NCBI GenBank assembly: GCA_043826355.1
Contig: JBDRQI010000001.1
Location: 1-64,000 of the forward strand
Origin: Candidatus Omnitrophota bacterium
GTDB lineage: Bacteria > Ratteibacteria > UBA8468 > MWAK01
Length of the DNA stretch: 64,000 nucleotides
Direction: 5' to 3'
Every line of letters starts with the position of its first letter. The first letter of the stretch is position 1. The position numbers were made by a program, and so were the translations under genes. Positions 53,584-62,779 of this stretch are shown here, piece by piece. The notes under the pieces are model-generated. The model saw nothing but the letters and a program-made list of their open reading frames with translations, did no database searches and was not told where the DNA came from.

Positions 53584-54387
53584 CTATGTCCCCTCCCGCC
53601 ACTCACCCGTATTTCTCACCAACCGGATATATTCTTCCAGATTGATCGTTTCCGGGCGCCGGAGAGGGTCAATCCCGCTTCCGGTCAGAATTGATTTGGT
53701 TTGAATTTTGCTTATATCCAGGTATTTTGCCAGTTGGTTGAGGATAGTTTTCCGGCGCTGGCCGAAGACCGAATGGACCAATTTAGAAAATTCCCGGGTC
53801 TCTGCCGGCTCAAGCAGCGGTTTTAAGTGGGGGGAAATCCTTACCACCGCCGATTCCACCCTGGGCGGCGGCCGGAACGCGCCCTTTTTGATGATTTTAA
53901 CCAGTTCCACCCGGGCCAGTATACCTACCGACAGGGTAAGCGCTCCGTATTCTCTGGTGTCTGGTTTTGCGGCCAGCCGCTCCGCCACCTCCCGCTGGAT
54001 GGTCAGGACCATCATCTCCATTCTGGGAATAAGACCCAGGAGCAGGAAGATAAGGGGTGTCGTAAGATAATAGGGAATGTTGGCCACCACCTTGAAGTTT
54101 TCCAGTTTCTCCAGGCATTCCGGACCGACCTTCAGAAAATCGCCAACTACGATTTCCACGTTGGGAGCGGCGGAAAACTTTTTTCGGAGAGCGGGAATCA
54201 AATCGGTGTCAATCTCAAAAGCGACCACTTTCTTCGCTTTTTTTGCCAGTTCTTCCGTCAGGATGCCGGTTCCGGCTCCAATTTCCACCACAATATCCGC
54301 GGGTGTGACGGCGGCGAATTCGGCAACCCGGATGCCAATCTCCGGCCGGGTTAAAAAGTGTTGCCCCCACCTCTTTTTTGGTCTCAT
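53584..54387 (-). CDS. rsmA: 16S rRNA dimethyladenosine transferase RsmA/KsgA
   Basis: KKRWGQHFL, EIGAGTG, ANIPYY, QRRKT; start set at MRPKK. Confidence 0.95.
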   Translation of the reverse strand: MRPKKRWGQHFLTRPEIGIRVAEFAAVTPADIVVEIGAGTGILTEELAKKAKKVVAFEIDTDLIPALRKKFSAAPNVEIVVGDFLKVGPECLEKLENFKVVANIPYYLTTPLIFLLLGLIPRMEMMVLTIQREVAERLAAKPDTREYGALTLSVGILARVELVKIIKKGAFRPPPRVESAVVRISPHLKPLLEPAETREFSKLVHSVFGQRRKTILNQLAKYLDISKIQTKSILTGSGIDPLRRPETINLEEYIRLVRNTGEWREGT

Positions 54388-54494
54388 CCCATCCGTTTTC
54401 GCCAAAAGACTATGGCAGACACGGTGTAACCCCGCCCCTACATTTTCAGTTGGTAGGCGCAGATTTGTCAAATCAGGTTATAATAGAGACCGAT

Positions 54495-55184
54495 ATGAAA
54501 CTTAACCTTTATCTGGCCCGGTCCGGCGTCGCCTCCCGGCGGAAGTCTGCGGAACTGGTCAAGGGCGGCCGCGTGAGCGTGAACGGCAAAACGGTACTGG
54601 TTCCTTCCCGGGAAGTTGCCGGCAAGGACAATGTAAGCATTGACGGAAAGAAGGTCGTCCCGGAAAGGTTCGTCTATCTCGCCGTAAACAAGCCGGTCGG
54701 TTTCACCTGCACCCTGAAAGACCCCTTTGCCGAAAAGAAGGTGGTTGACCTTGTGCCGCGCTCCATGGGCCGGCTCTATCCGGTCGGCCGGCTGGACCGG
54801 GATTCCTCCGGCCTGGTCATCCTCACCAACGACGGCGATTTCAGCCAGCGGTTGAGCCACCCCAGGTATGAAGCGGAAAAAGAATACCTGGTTGTCGTTA
54901 CCCCGCCGGTCAGCCGCAAAGAAGCCGCTGTTTTAAAAGCGGGAGTGCTTTACGAAAACGAAAAACTGAGCGCTTCCGAGGTGATAATTCTAAAAAAAGA
55001 TTCGGGAAAAAGTACGCTTCGAATTATCCTCAAGGAAGGTAAAAAGCGTGAAATCCGCAGAATGTTCGGATGCCTCGGCCATCACGTATTAACCCTGCAG
55101 AGGGTGAGAATCGGAAACATAATGCTGGGTAAACTTGAACCGGGGAAATGCCGCTTCCTTACCGAGAAGGAAATAATTACTTAA
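54495..55184 (+). CDS. RluB/RsuA-family pseudouridine synthase
   Basis: S4 domain (SRRKS), GRLDRDSSG, EGKKREIRRM. Confidence 0.92.
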   Translation: MKLNLYLARSGVASRRKSAELVKGGRVSVNGKTVLVPSREVAGKDNVSIDGKKVVPERFVYLAVNKPVGFTCTLKDPFAEKKVVDLVPRSMGRLYPVGRLDRDSSGLVILTNDGDFSQRLSHPRYEAEKEYLVVVTPPVSRKEAAVLKAGVLYENEKLSASEVIILKKDSGKSTLRIILKEGKKREIRRMFGCLGHHVLTLQRVRIGNIMLGKLEPGKCRFLTEKEIIT

Positions 55185-55191
55185 CTGATTT

Positions 55192-55236
55192 CCCCTCACT
55201 ATACCTCTCCCCGTCGGGGAGAGGTATAGTGAGGGG
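55192..55236. repeat. Perfect hairpin of the cccctca..tctcccc..ggggaga..gagggg family; probable bidirectional terminator
   Basis: Lies between convergent genes and contains the larC stop; related to 45884-45932. Confidence 0.8.
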
Positions 55237-56365
55237 GTAAACACGCCGTCCTGACTTCATCCATAACCTGCGACAACGGCAGGTCTTCTGCGTCGGCAAT
55301 ACGCTTAATGTCGTCGTATTCCGGGTTCACTTTAATAACTTTACCCCGGTAACGTCCGACCTTAACGGCTACGCGGTGGCTGCGCACTTTCACCTTCTTC
55401 ATTTCCCGTTCCAGCACGATGCGGTCTGTCTCTCTCACTCTTACGCCGAAGGTTGAGGTTTCCCGAAAAAGAACTTTCAGCACCTGGTCCAGGTTTTCTC
55501 TTTTTGTAATGACTTCCAATTTTTGTCCGGGTCGGTTTTTCTTCATCAAGCCCGGCGTGAGTATAAAATCCAGGGTGCCGGCTCTCTGCAGGTTTTGAAA
55601 TACCTTTTCGTAAGCAAAGGGCGGCATATCATCAAGGTTTGTCTCTATGACGAATACCCGGTCCTTTTTTGCGGCCGAAATAGCCTCACCCAGGAAAAAG
55701 GCGAGGATATTGGGCGTGGGTTCGTTTCGGCTGCCGGTTCCGTATCCGACGGATAAAAGGTTAAAAGCCGGAACCGGTTGAAAGTGAGCCAGTTCTGTTA
55801 GAAGAGCGGCTGCGGTAGGGGTGGTGCATTCCGGTTGGTCGGCATCTATCCTGACCGGAAGGTTTTTCAGGATAAGAGATGTGGCCGGCGCCGGAGAACC
55901 GAGGTTGGGGACGGAGCAGTAGAGTTTTTCCACGCCCAGAAGGCGCAAACCGGTCACTGCGGCAACGACGTCAACGATACTGTCTATTTCGCCGATCTGA
56001 TGAAAATGGTCCGGGAGCGTGCCGTGGACTTTTGTTTCGGCTGCGGCCAGCCGTTGAAAGACCGCCAGGATTTTTTTCTTATCCGAAACGTCAAGGCCGC
56101 TCTTTTTAATTAAAGAAAAGATTTCCCGGAGAGGGCGGCCGTGCTCTTTTTGGGAGAGTTCAACCAAAAACCGGCGGGCTGGCCGGGGGTGGCCGATGCC
56201 CGGGTCGTCCCGTTCCTCAACCTTTTCCGAGATGCGGTATCCGGACAGCGGAACTTTTTTCAGTTCCTTTTTGAGGCGGTTAATGGGAAGGCCGGCGTCC
56301 AGCAGTCCGGCGACAATCATATCGCCGGATGCCCCGTTTGTGGTATCGAAATACCCTATCTTCAT
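55199..56365 (-). CDS. larC: Nickel insertion protein LarC
   Basis: GASGDM, HFH, DSIVD, TPTAAA, ETNLDD, MKKNRPG, ETSTFGVR, PEYDD. Confidence 0.88.
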   Translation of the reverse strand: MKIGYFDTTNGASGDMIVAGLLDAGLPINRLKKELKKVPLSGYRISEKVEERDDPGIGHPRPARRFLVELSQKEHGRPLREIFSLIKKSGLDVSDKKKILAVFQRLAAAETKVHGTLPDHFHQIGEIDSIVDVVAAVTGLRLLGVEKLYCSVPNLGSPAPATSLILKNLPVRIDADQPECTTPTAAALLTELAHFQPVPAFNLLSVGYGTGSRNEPTPNILAFFLGEAISAAKKDRVFVIETNLDDMPPFAYEKVFQNLQRAGTLDFILTPGLMKKNRPGQKLEVITKRENLDQVLKVLFRETSTFGVRVRETDRIVLEREMKKVKVRSHRVAVKVGRYRGKVIKVNPEYDDIKRIADAEDLPLSQVMDEVRTACLPPHYTSPRRGEV

Positions 56366-56376
56366 AAAACGGGTTG

Positions 56377-56426
56377 GTAGGGGCACGATTTATCGCGCCC
56401 GCGGGCTTGATGAATCAAGCCCCTAC
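56377..56426. repeat. GTAG...CTAC REP doublet overlapping the yajC stop
   Basis: gtaggggcacgatttatcgcgccc-gc-gggcttgatgaatcaagcccctac. Confidence 0.9.
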
Positions 56427-56729
56427 CTTATGACTGATTGCGGCGCGGCTTATTTTCACCCTGGTGTTGCTCGCGATTTCAAGCACGAAGGTTTCGGCCT
56501 TTACGTCGACAATCTTTCCGAAGAGGCCGCCCAGAGTTACAATCTCATCACCGGGCTTCAGGCTGTCGATCATCGCCTGCTGTTTTTTCTGTTTTCGTTG
56601 CTGGGGCAGAATCAGCAGGAAATAGAAGATAACAAAGATTAAGATAAGAGGCATAAAACCCAAAAGGGTGCTTTGGGGTGCGGCCGGCGCTGCTCCTGTG
56701 GTTGGTGCCTGAGTTTGTCCGAATGCCAT
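56415..56729 (-). CDS. yajC: Preprotein translocase subunit YajC
   Basis: FYFLLILPQQRK, LKPGDEIVTLGGL. Confidence 0.93.
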   Translation of the reverse strand: MAFGQTQAPTTGAAPAAPQSTLLGFMPLILIFVIFYFLLILPQQRKQKKQQAMIDSLKPGDEIVTLGGLFGKIVDVKAETFVLEIASNTRVKISRAAISHKVGA

Positions 56730-56746
56730 ATTCCCCTCCATTGAAT

Positions 56747-56856
56747 GTAGGGGTCGGATTTATCCGACCCGACTTCGGCGAGCTCAATCGAGCCGCGGGC
56801 CCCGTATAGGCGGCTGTTGCCTTCTACGGGGCGGGCGCGATAAATCGCGCCCCTAC
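56747..56856. repeat. REP doublet with nested modules
   Basis: gtaggggtcggatttatccgaccc ... gggcgcgataaatcgcgcccctac; the inner module is the reverse complement of 441-479. Confidence 0.9.
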
Positions 56857-56874
56857 TATTATTATATTATTTTC

Positions 56875-57909
56875 TTACTTCCGGCGCAAGAAACAATCGT
56901 CCGGGATATTCAATTTTTTCCGCAATCCTTCGGTCTCCCGGATGAACCGTCTGGTCAAGGGGTCCCGGTATCCGCTGGCGTGATACCTGCTGTCTCCCCT
57001 TTGACGGGGACGGGTGCCCTTTCCAAAGCTCTGGAAAGGGGGTGCTTGAGGTGGGGGTGAAGGTAGTAATTCCTCCAAGTACGTGCGTGTTTTTTTCCAG
57101 AATAATTCCCGGGTATATTTGCCGAACAAGGAAGCCAGAGCGATTAAAAAAGAGTTATCCTCTCCGTCCCGGAGGTAGGTTATCGTTCCGGCGGTTTTAT
57201 TGGCTCTGCTCAATTGATAAGCGGAATTATTCTTTTCTTCCCGGGTCGGCGTTACGGTACATTGCGGGCCAAAGAGCGCTGAAATAGGTTCCCGGTAATA
57301 CCGCAGGCCCCCTACTTTACCCAGGCAGGCGTGGAATTGGCCGTCTTTCACGCACCGGCGGATGAGGCTCAAGCCGGATTCAATGACCAGGTCTGATTTA
57401 TTCCTGCTTTTCAGTCCTTCATTAAACCGGAATGGACAAAAAAGGAAACAGCGCGGTTTTTCCAGGACAACGCCGCTTTTATCCGTTCTTTTCCTTAACC
57501 GGTCCGCAGTTTTCCGGATATTTTTGCGGCGTTCCGCATTCAACTGCAGGCTAAGGTCATTTTTCCAGCAAAAACAAAACGGGTTATACGTTGTGGTTGA
57601 GGGGTCGATTACTACATTCAAGAATTGGTCTGCGGATTCCGGCAGGAAGCCAAAAGAAAGATAAAAAAAGGCGAGCACGGTCGCCTCAGCCGCCAGTTCC
57701 TTTTTCCGGCTGGCGTTAAAGACCGTTTTACTGTCGCAGACGAGCAATTCGTTTGAATTTGAATGCGGGTCCTTTTTTATCCCGAGTAACTTCCACAGGT
57801 CAGGAACCGGCGCCAAACTTCTGTTTTGCAGTTTCAGCGAGGTGGAAGTGACTACCAGCGGTCCCAGGACAGGCCCGTATCCGTTTTCGTCTATCCCTAT
57901 CAGTCTCAA
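56875..57909 (-). CDS. RNase HII-like protein (divergent), with an in-frame repeat insertion
   Basis: GIDENGYGPVLGPLVV, CDSK, ALASLFGKYTRE, SGY. Confidence 0.7.
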   Translation of the reverse strand: MRLIGIDENGYGPVLGPLVVTSTSLKLQNRSLAPVPDLWKLLGIKKDPHSNSNELLVCDSKTVFNASRKKELAAEATVLAFFYLSFGFLPESADQFLNVVIDPSTTTYNPFCFCWKNDLSLQLNAERRKNIRKTADRLRKRTDKSGVVLEKPRCFLFCPFRFNEGLKSRNKSDLVIESGLSLIRRCVKDGQFHACLGKVGGLRYYREPISALFGPQCTVTPTREEKNNSAYQLSRANKTAGTITYLRDGEDNSFLIALASLFGKYTRELFWKKTRTYLEELLPSPPPQAPPFQSFGKGTRPRQRGDSRYHASGYRDPLTRRFIRETEGLRKKLNIPDDCFLRRK

Positions 57910-57950
57910 TTTTGTTAATGTAGGGGAGGGGCTGTGTCCCCTCCCATTTC

Positions 57951-58535
57951 TTACTTAATCAGGAAGAGGCTGAAGTTGGCCAGAAGGTTTGGAAAGAGAC
58001 GAATGCGGCGTTCGCCGGCAAGGTGATAACTGGCCAGTACCTTAATCTTCTTCTCCCGACAGAAGACTGCAAAATCTTTAATGCTCAAAAAATGAAGGTT
58101 GGGCGTGTTGTACCACTGGTGCGGCAGGGACCGCGTAACCGGGGCCCGGCCTAAAATACCGAACTGGAACCGCGCTCTCGAATTGCAGAAATTGGGGAAA
58201 CCGACCAGGACCTGCCGGCCCACCCGCAGGGCCTCGGCGAGGATGGTCTCCGGGTGCCGGACTTCAGGCAGGCTGTCGTTGAGGATAACGTAGTCAAAAC
58301 TTTTGTCCGGATATTCGGAAAGCCCCTGGTCCAGGTCACCGTGGAGGACATTAACGCCCCGCCGCAGGCATTCGGCGATGGCATTCTGGTCTATTTCAAT
58401 ACCCTGGCCCCGGATGTGCCGTTTTTCAGCCAGGATGCTTAAAAGTTCTCCCTTGCCGCAGCCCAGGTCCAGCACCGTGGAGCCATTCTTGATAATCTCC
58501 AGAATAATCTTATGGTCAGTCCTGATTTTTTCCAT
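57951..58535 (-). CDS. metW: Methionine biosynthesis protein MetW
   Basis: VLDLGCG, GFPNF, WYNTPNLH; directly downstream of metX. Confidence 0.92.
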   Translation of the reverse strand: MEKIRTDHKIILEIIKNGSTVLDLGCGKGELLSILAEKRHIRGQGIEIDQNAIAECLRRGVNVLHGDLDQGLSEYPDKSFDYVILNDSLPEVRHPETILAEALRVGRQVLVGFPNFCNSRARFQFGILGRAPVTRSLPHQWYNTPNLHFLSIKDFAVFCREKKIKVLASYHLAGERRIRLFPNLLANFSLFLIK

Positions 58536-58581
58536 TTATGTCATTGCGAGTCCGCCTCTGGCGGACGTGGCAATCTCGTAT

Positions 58582-59700
58582 TTACGGTTTCTGCGCCGCC
58601 AGAAAATTCCTGATTAAAAATGTCTCTTCCTCAAATTCCACCAGGAACGAATCGTGTCCGTAATTGGAGTCAATTTCGCAGCAAGAGACTTCTGCCCCGT
58701 GACGTTTCAGGGCGCGCACAATCTCCTTGGAGTTTGCCGGCGGATAGAGCCAGTCGGAACTGAAGCTCAAGACCAGAAAACGGGTTTTCGTCCCCCGAAA
58801 AAGGTCGGTTTTGTAATCGCTGATCAGATCAAAGTAGTCCATCGCCTTGGTTATGTAAAGATATGAATTGGCGTCAAAACGCTGGACGAAACTATCGCCC
58901 CGGTATCGCAGGTATCCCTCAACTTCAAAATCCTGGGTGAAGAAAAAGCCGTATTTTTCCTTGCTCTTCAGCCGCCGTCCGAACTTTTCCGCCATGGAAA
59001 ATTCGCTCATATAGGTAATGTGGCCCATCATCCTGGCTAAGGCAAGGCCCCGGGCCGGCGCCTTCTTTCCGTAATAGTCGCCGTTGTTCCATTCCGGGTC
59101 GGACATAATCGCCTGCCGGCCAACTTCGTCAAAGGCGATCTGCTGAGCCGAGTGGCGCAAAGTAGTGGCAATTGGGATGGCGTGCCGCACCATCTCCGGA
59201 TAGGCGGCCGCCCACTGGAGAACCTGCATACCGCCCATGGACCCGCCGGCGATTGCATAAAGTTTTTTGATTCCCATGAAATCAAGCAGCAATTTCTGAC
59301 AGTTGACCATATCACCGATGGTAATAATCGGAAAGTTAAGTCCGTATGGTTTATCCGTTGCCGGGTCGATGGAAGAAGGCCCTGTGCTCCCACGGCATCC
59401 GCCCAAAATGTTGGAGCAGATTACATGATAAATATCTGTATCAAATGCTTTGCCCGGTCCGACCATCGCGTCCCACCAGCCCGGTTTGGTTTCGCCCTCG
59501 TGGTGTCCGGCCGCGTGGCTGTCTCCGGATAAGGCGTGGAGGATAAGGATGGCGTTTGTGCGTTCCTTGTTTACGCGTCCGTAAGTTTCGTAGGCGATGG
59601 TAACCGGCCCGAACCGCCGGCCGTTTTCCAGCCGGAGGTCGGCTGGCGGCTTTGCCAGGGTAACCTGTTTGGTTTCCACAATCCCAACGCTCTTTTCCAT
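58582..59700 (-). CDS. metX: Homoserine O-acetyltransferase
   Basis: HALSGD, GGSMGG, RFDANSY, DWLYP, GHDSFL; start set at MEKSV. Confidence 0.95.
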   Translation of the reverse strand: MEKSVGIVETKQVTLAKPPADLRLENGRRFGPVTIAYETYGRVNKERTNAILILHALSGDSHAAGHHEGETKPGWWDAMVGPGKAFDTDIYHVICSNILGGCRGSTGPSSIDPATDKPYGLNFPIITIGDMVNCQKLLLDFMGIKKLYAIAGGSMGGMQVLQWAAAYPEMVRHAIPIATTLRHSAQQIAFDEVGRQAIMSDPEWNNGDYYGKKAPARGLALARMMGHITYMSEFSMAEKFGRRLKSKEKYGFFFTQDFEVEGYLRYRGDSFVQRFDANSYLYITKAMDYFDLISDYKTDLFRGTKTRFLVLSFSSDWLYPPANSKEIVRALKRHGAEVSCCEIDSNYGHDSFLVEFEEETFLIRNFLAAQKP

Positions 59701-60099
59701 CCTTGACATTATACCATAATTTAATTGCATAGGAATTCCCTTTTTAAATCCTTGAATAAATCTGCAGTTGCCGAGATTGCTCGGCGTTTTTATCTTGCGC
59801 AGGGAAGGGAACCGCACCCTTTAGGGTGCAAAAGCACTCTCCTTGCGTAGTTGCCGGGAGAGGACGGATGTCCTTACCCCCAAAATCGCAGGTTGCCGTG
59901 ACATTTTGTCACACTTTTCATGATAGAATAAACATGATAAAACAGCAGTCAATTCCTTCTTGGAAACCGCGTTTCACCATACACAATCCTTTAACTGGCA
60001 GAAGGTGAAGATAGGTATTCCGGGTAGGGTTAAATTATGTTTTAGCACACAAGCGATAAATTTTCCGGTTCAGAATTTAACCCGCCCATTCAGGCATTT

Positions 60100-60129
60100 T
60101 TGACCTTCTTCCTGAAAACGCGTTATAAT
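60100..60129 (+). promoter_or_regulatory. Sigma70-type promoter for the mscS operon
   Basis: TTGACC-18 nt-TATAAT. Confidence 0.6.
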
Positions 60130-60182
60130 ACACATTATAATACAATTATTTACAATGAGAGAGATTTTGAAAATCGATCCGT

Positions 60183-60238
60183 CAAGGGTTCGGGAATAAA
60201 ATTATATTCCCGGAGGACTTCGTTGGTCGGGCCGCCAA
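60183..60238 (+). promoter_or_regulatory. Candidate Na+-I (DUF1646 motif) riboswitch aptamer
   Basis: gggtt..[cgggaat/attcccg]..gactt stem rich in G-U pairs, then a ttggtcgggccgccaa hairpin; lies upstream of mscS; motif match is from memory, not computed. Confidence 0.7.
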
Positions 60239-60271
60239 CTGATTGATAAAATCAGTCAGGCGGTTTTTTTT
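60232..60271 (+). terminator. Intrinsic terminator overlapping the aptamer 3' end
   Basis: ccgcc..ctgatt-gataa-aatcag..ggcgg followed by a T-tract. Confidence 0.8.
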
Positions 60272-60288
60272 GTAAGGGAAAATAACAT

Positions 60289-61356
60289 ATGAATTTTCTA
60301 AACTTTACCAATCTTTCCAGAGTTGCCCGGGAAAGTGTCAATTCCATTCTGATTGTGGCCGGCGCCGTTCTTCTTTCCTTTATATGCCGGCTTGTCTGGT
60401 TGAAGGTGCTCATTCCCGTTGCGTATAAAACAAGAACCAACCTGGACCGGATTATTCTGGAAGCAACCGCTGCGCCGGTATCACTCTTGATATTAACCGC
60501 CGGTTTCAGTTTTTCCGTAAACCGGCTTTTTGCCCTGGAAGAATTCAGCCGGTTTTCGGCAATGAATATGCTGCGCGGCGTCGCGTATATCCTGCTGGTC
60601 GTAAACGTTACTTTTCTTGTATCCAAAATCCTTAGGGCAATTTCGGAATGGTATTTAAAAGACATTGCCCATAAAACCCAGACATCTTTCAATGAAGAGT
60701 TTGTGCCGCTTTTAAGTAAAATAATCAATATTACAATATATTTTATTGCGGCCACAATTATTTTATCGCATTTTGAGGTAAATATAAGCGGTTTTCTGGC
60801 CACGGCGGGCGTTGCCTCGCTGGCAATCGCCCTGGCGGCCCAGGAAACACTTTCCAATACGATATCCGGTTTTACGCTCATTCTTGATAAACCTTTTCGC
60901 AAGGGTGATTGGATTCAGTTAGATTCGGGTGAAGCGGGTTTCATTCAGGAGGTTGGTCTGCGAACCACCAAGATTCTTACCTTTGATAATACCGTAATGA
61001 TTATTCCTAACGCCGTGATTGCCAAGAGCAAAGTGGTCAACCGTAATTATCCCGACACTAAAGTTAAAACTCGCCAGAAGATTGGAGTGGCATATGGGTC
61101 GGATTTGGTCGGGGTTAAGAAGACCCTGCTGGAAATTTGTCGGGAGCACCCGGATGTAATGAAAGACCCGCCTTCCCTGGTTTTCTTTACCGAATTCGGG
61201 GAATCTTCACTCGGCCTGCTTTTGGTGTACTGGGTTGCCGATTTAAGGGAACAATTCAGAATTGGCGATCAGGTCAATATGGAAATAAAAAGAAGGTTCG
61301 AAGAAGAGGGTATTGAAATTCCTTTTCCGCAACGCACTGTTCACATGGGAAAATAG
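60289..61356 (+). CDS. mscS: Small-conductance mechanosensitive channel
   Basis: TM helices, ALAAQETLSN, PFRKGDWI, GLRTT, IPN, IEIPFPQ. Confidence 0.93.
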   Translation: MNFLNFTNLSRVARESVNSILIVAGAVLLSFICRLVWLKVLIPVAYKTRTNLDRIILEATAAPVSLLILTAGFSFSVNRLFALEEFSRFSAMNMLRGVAYILLVVNVTFLVSKILRAISEWYLKDIAHKTQTSFNEEFVPLLSKIINITIYFIAATIILSHFEVNISGFLATAGVASLAIALAAQETLSNTISGFTLILDKPFRKGDWIQLDSGEAGFIQEVGLRTTKILTFDNTVMIIPNAVIAKSKVVNRNYPDTKVKTRQKIGVAYGSDLVGVKKTLLEICREHPDVMKDPPSLVFFTEFGESSLGLLLVYWVADLREQFRIGDQVNMEIKRRFEEEGIEIPFPQRTVHMGK

Positions 61357-61357
61357 G

Positions 61358-62779
61358 ATGACGAGGATTGCTGGAGTATTCGGGAAAAGAAACAAAAGCG
61401 CCGTACAAGATATGTTTAAAGTATCAGCACGGTCAAGGCGCGACGCGTACCGGGTGCGGTTGCTGGAGGGAAGCAATTATTCCCTGGGCGTGTCCGGGCG
61501 GTCTGGGGATATCCGGGCGCATCTTTTGGATACAGATTCAACCGGAAGCGTCTGGGATGGTTTGGGCGGGCCGTCAGCGGAAGTTTGCTTCAGCAAGAAT
61601 GGTAAAGTCCCGTTCGGATTCAACCCGCTTGCCCTCGCGGCGGTTAAGAAGAACAAAGAACTTGTTCTTTTCCGTGATTTGTTGGGAATCAAACCGCTCT
61701 ATTATGTCCGGAAAAAAGCGGAAATATTTTTTGCTTCCGAAGTGAAGATGCTGACCGGAATCGGCGGCGAGGTTAAAGAATTTCCGCCCGGCTACCTTTA
61801 TTCTTCCTTAAAAGGATGGCGGGCGCCGTCCCGAAAATCTTATCCGGCGCTTAAACTTAAGCCGGATAGGATTGCGGAGAGATTAAAGGATGTACTGGAA
61901 AAGGCCGTACTTTCCCGAAGACCGGCCGGGGAGTGCGGCGCCTGGCTTTCCGGGGGTCTTGATTCCAGCGCCATTGCCGGCCTTCTTCGCCGGCACTGTA
62001 AAAAATTACATACGTTTTCCATCGGGCTGCCGGATTCTCCGGACCTTTTCTTTGCCCGGCGGACCGCGAAATATCTGAAAACGGTTCACCACGAGCAAAG
62101 GGTAACTTTCCAGAATTTACTTTCGGTTTTGCCAGAGGTAATCTATTGTTTGGAATCTTTTGATGCGTCCCTGGTGCGCTCTATGCTGACAAACTATCTC
62201 CTGGCGCATTTTTCGGCGGAATACGTGGAAGAAGTATTTTCCGGCGAAGGCGGCGATGAACTCTTCGCCGGTTATTCTTACCTCAAACAGCTTTCCGGAA
62301 AAACGCTGGCGTCGGAAGTAAGTTCTTTGCCTTTTAAACTTCACAATACCGCTCTCCAGCGGATTGACCGGTCAGCGGCTTCCGCGGGAATCACGGTTCA
62401 TCTGCCGTTTCTTGATTCCGGGGTTATTCAATATGCCGGTCGGATTCCCTTAAAGTTCAAGTTATGCCGGGAAAAAGGAGCCCCTGCAGTGGAAAAATGG
62501 GTTTTGCGAAAGGCCGTGAACGGAATTTTGCCCGAAGAAATTATCTGGCGGCCAAAGGCGAAGTTCTGGGAAGGCAGCGGCCTGGGAGACCTGTTCCTGC
62601 GGTATGCGGAAAAGAGGATAACCGACGAAGAGTTTGCCGGAGAAAAAATGCTGCCCGACCGGACGGAACTCCGGTCAAAAGAAGAGTTGCTTTATTACCG
62701 TATTTTCCTCCGGAAATTCGGAATCGCGGACCTCTCCTTCGTGGGAAGGACAGGGGATATCGGAGAGGCAAAGAGATGA
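61358..62779 (+). CDS. Asparagine synthase-related amide ligase lacking the N-terminal Cys
   Basis: RDLLGIKPLY, FASEVK, LSGGLDSS, SGEGGDELFAGY, EKWVLR; N-terminus MTRIAG. Confidence 0.88.
   Translation: MTRIAGVFGKRNKSAVQDMFKVSARSRRDAYRVRLLEGSNYSLGVSGRSGDIRAHLLDTDSTGSVWDGLGGPSAEVCFSKNGKVPFGFNPLALAAVKKNKELVLFRDLLGIKPLYYVRKKAEIFFASEVKMLTGIGGEVKEFPPGYLYSSLKGWRAPSRKSYPALKLKPDRIAERLKDVLEKAVLSRRPAGECGAWLSGGLDSSAIAGLLRRHCKKLHTFSIGLPDSPDLFFARRTAKYLKTVHHEQRVTFQNLLSVLPEVIYCLESFDASLVRSMLTNYLLAHFSAEYVEEVFSGEGGDELFAGYSYLKQLSGKTLASEVSSLPFKLHNTALQRIDRSAASAGITVHLPFLDSGVIQYAGRIPLKFKLCREKGAPAVEKWVLRKAVNGILPEEIIWRPKAKFWEGSGLGDLFLRYAEKRITDEEFAGEKMLPDRTELRSKEELLYYRIFLRKFGIADLSFVGRTGDIGEAKR

Noticed and set aside
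59720..59920. SAM riboswitch upstream of metX
   Set aside because: ggcaac motifs occur, but I cannot find the SAM-I core in the right order, and a promoter lies directly before the metX ATG
60183..60271. c-di-GMP, c-di-AMP or cobalamin riboswitch in the mscS leader
   Set aside because: The hallmark motifs of those classes are not visible and the element is too short; a DUF1646-type motif fits better
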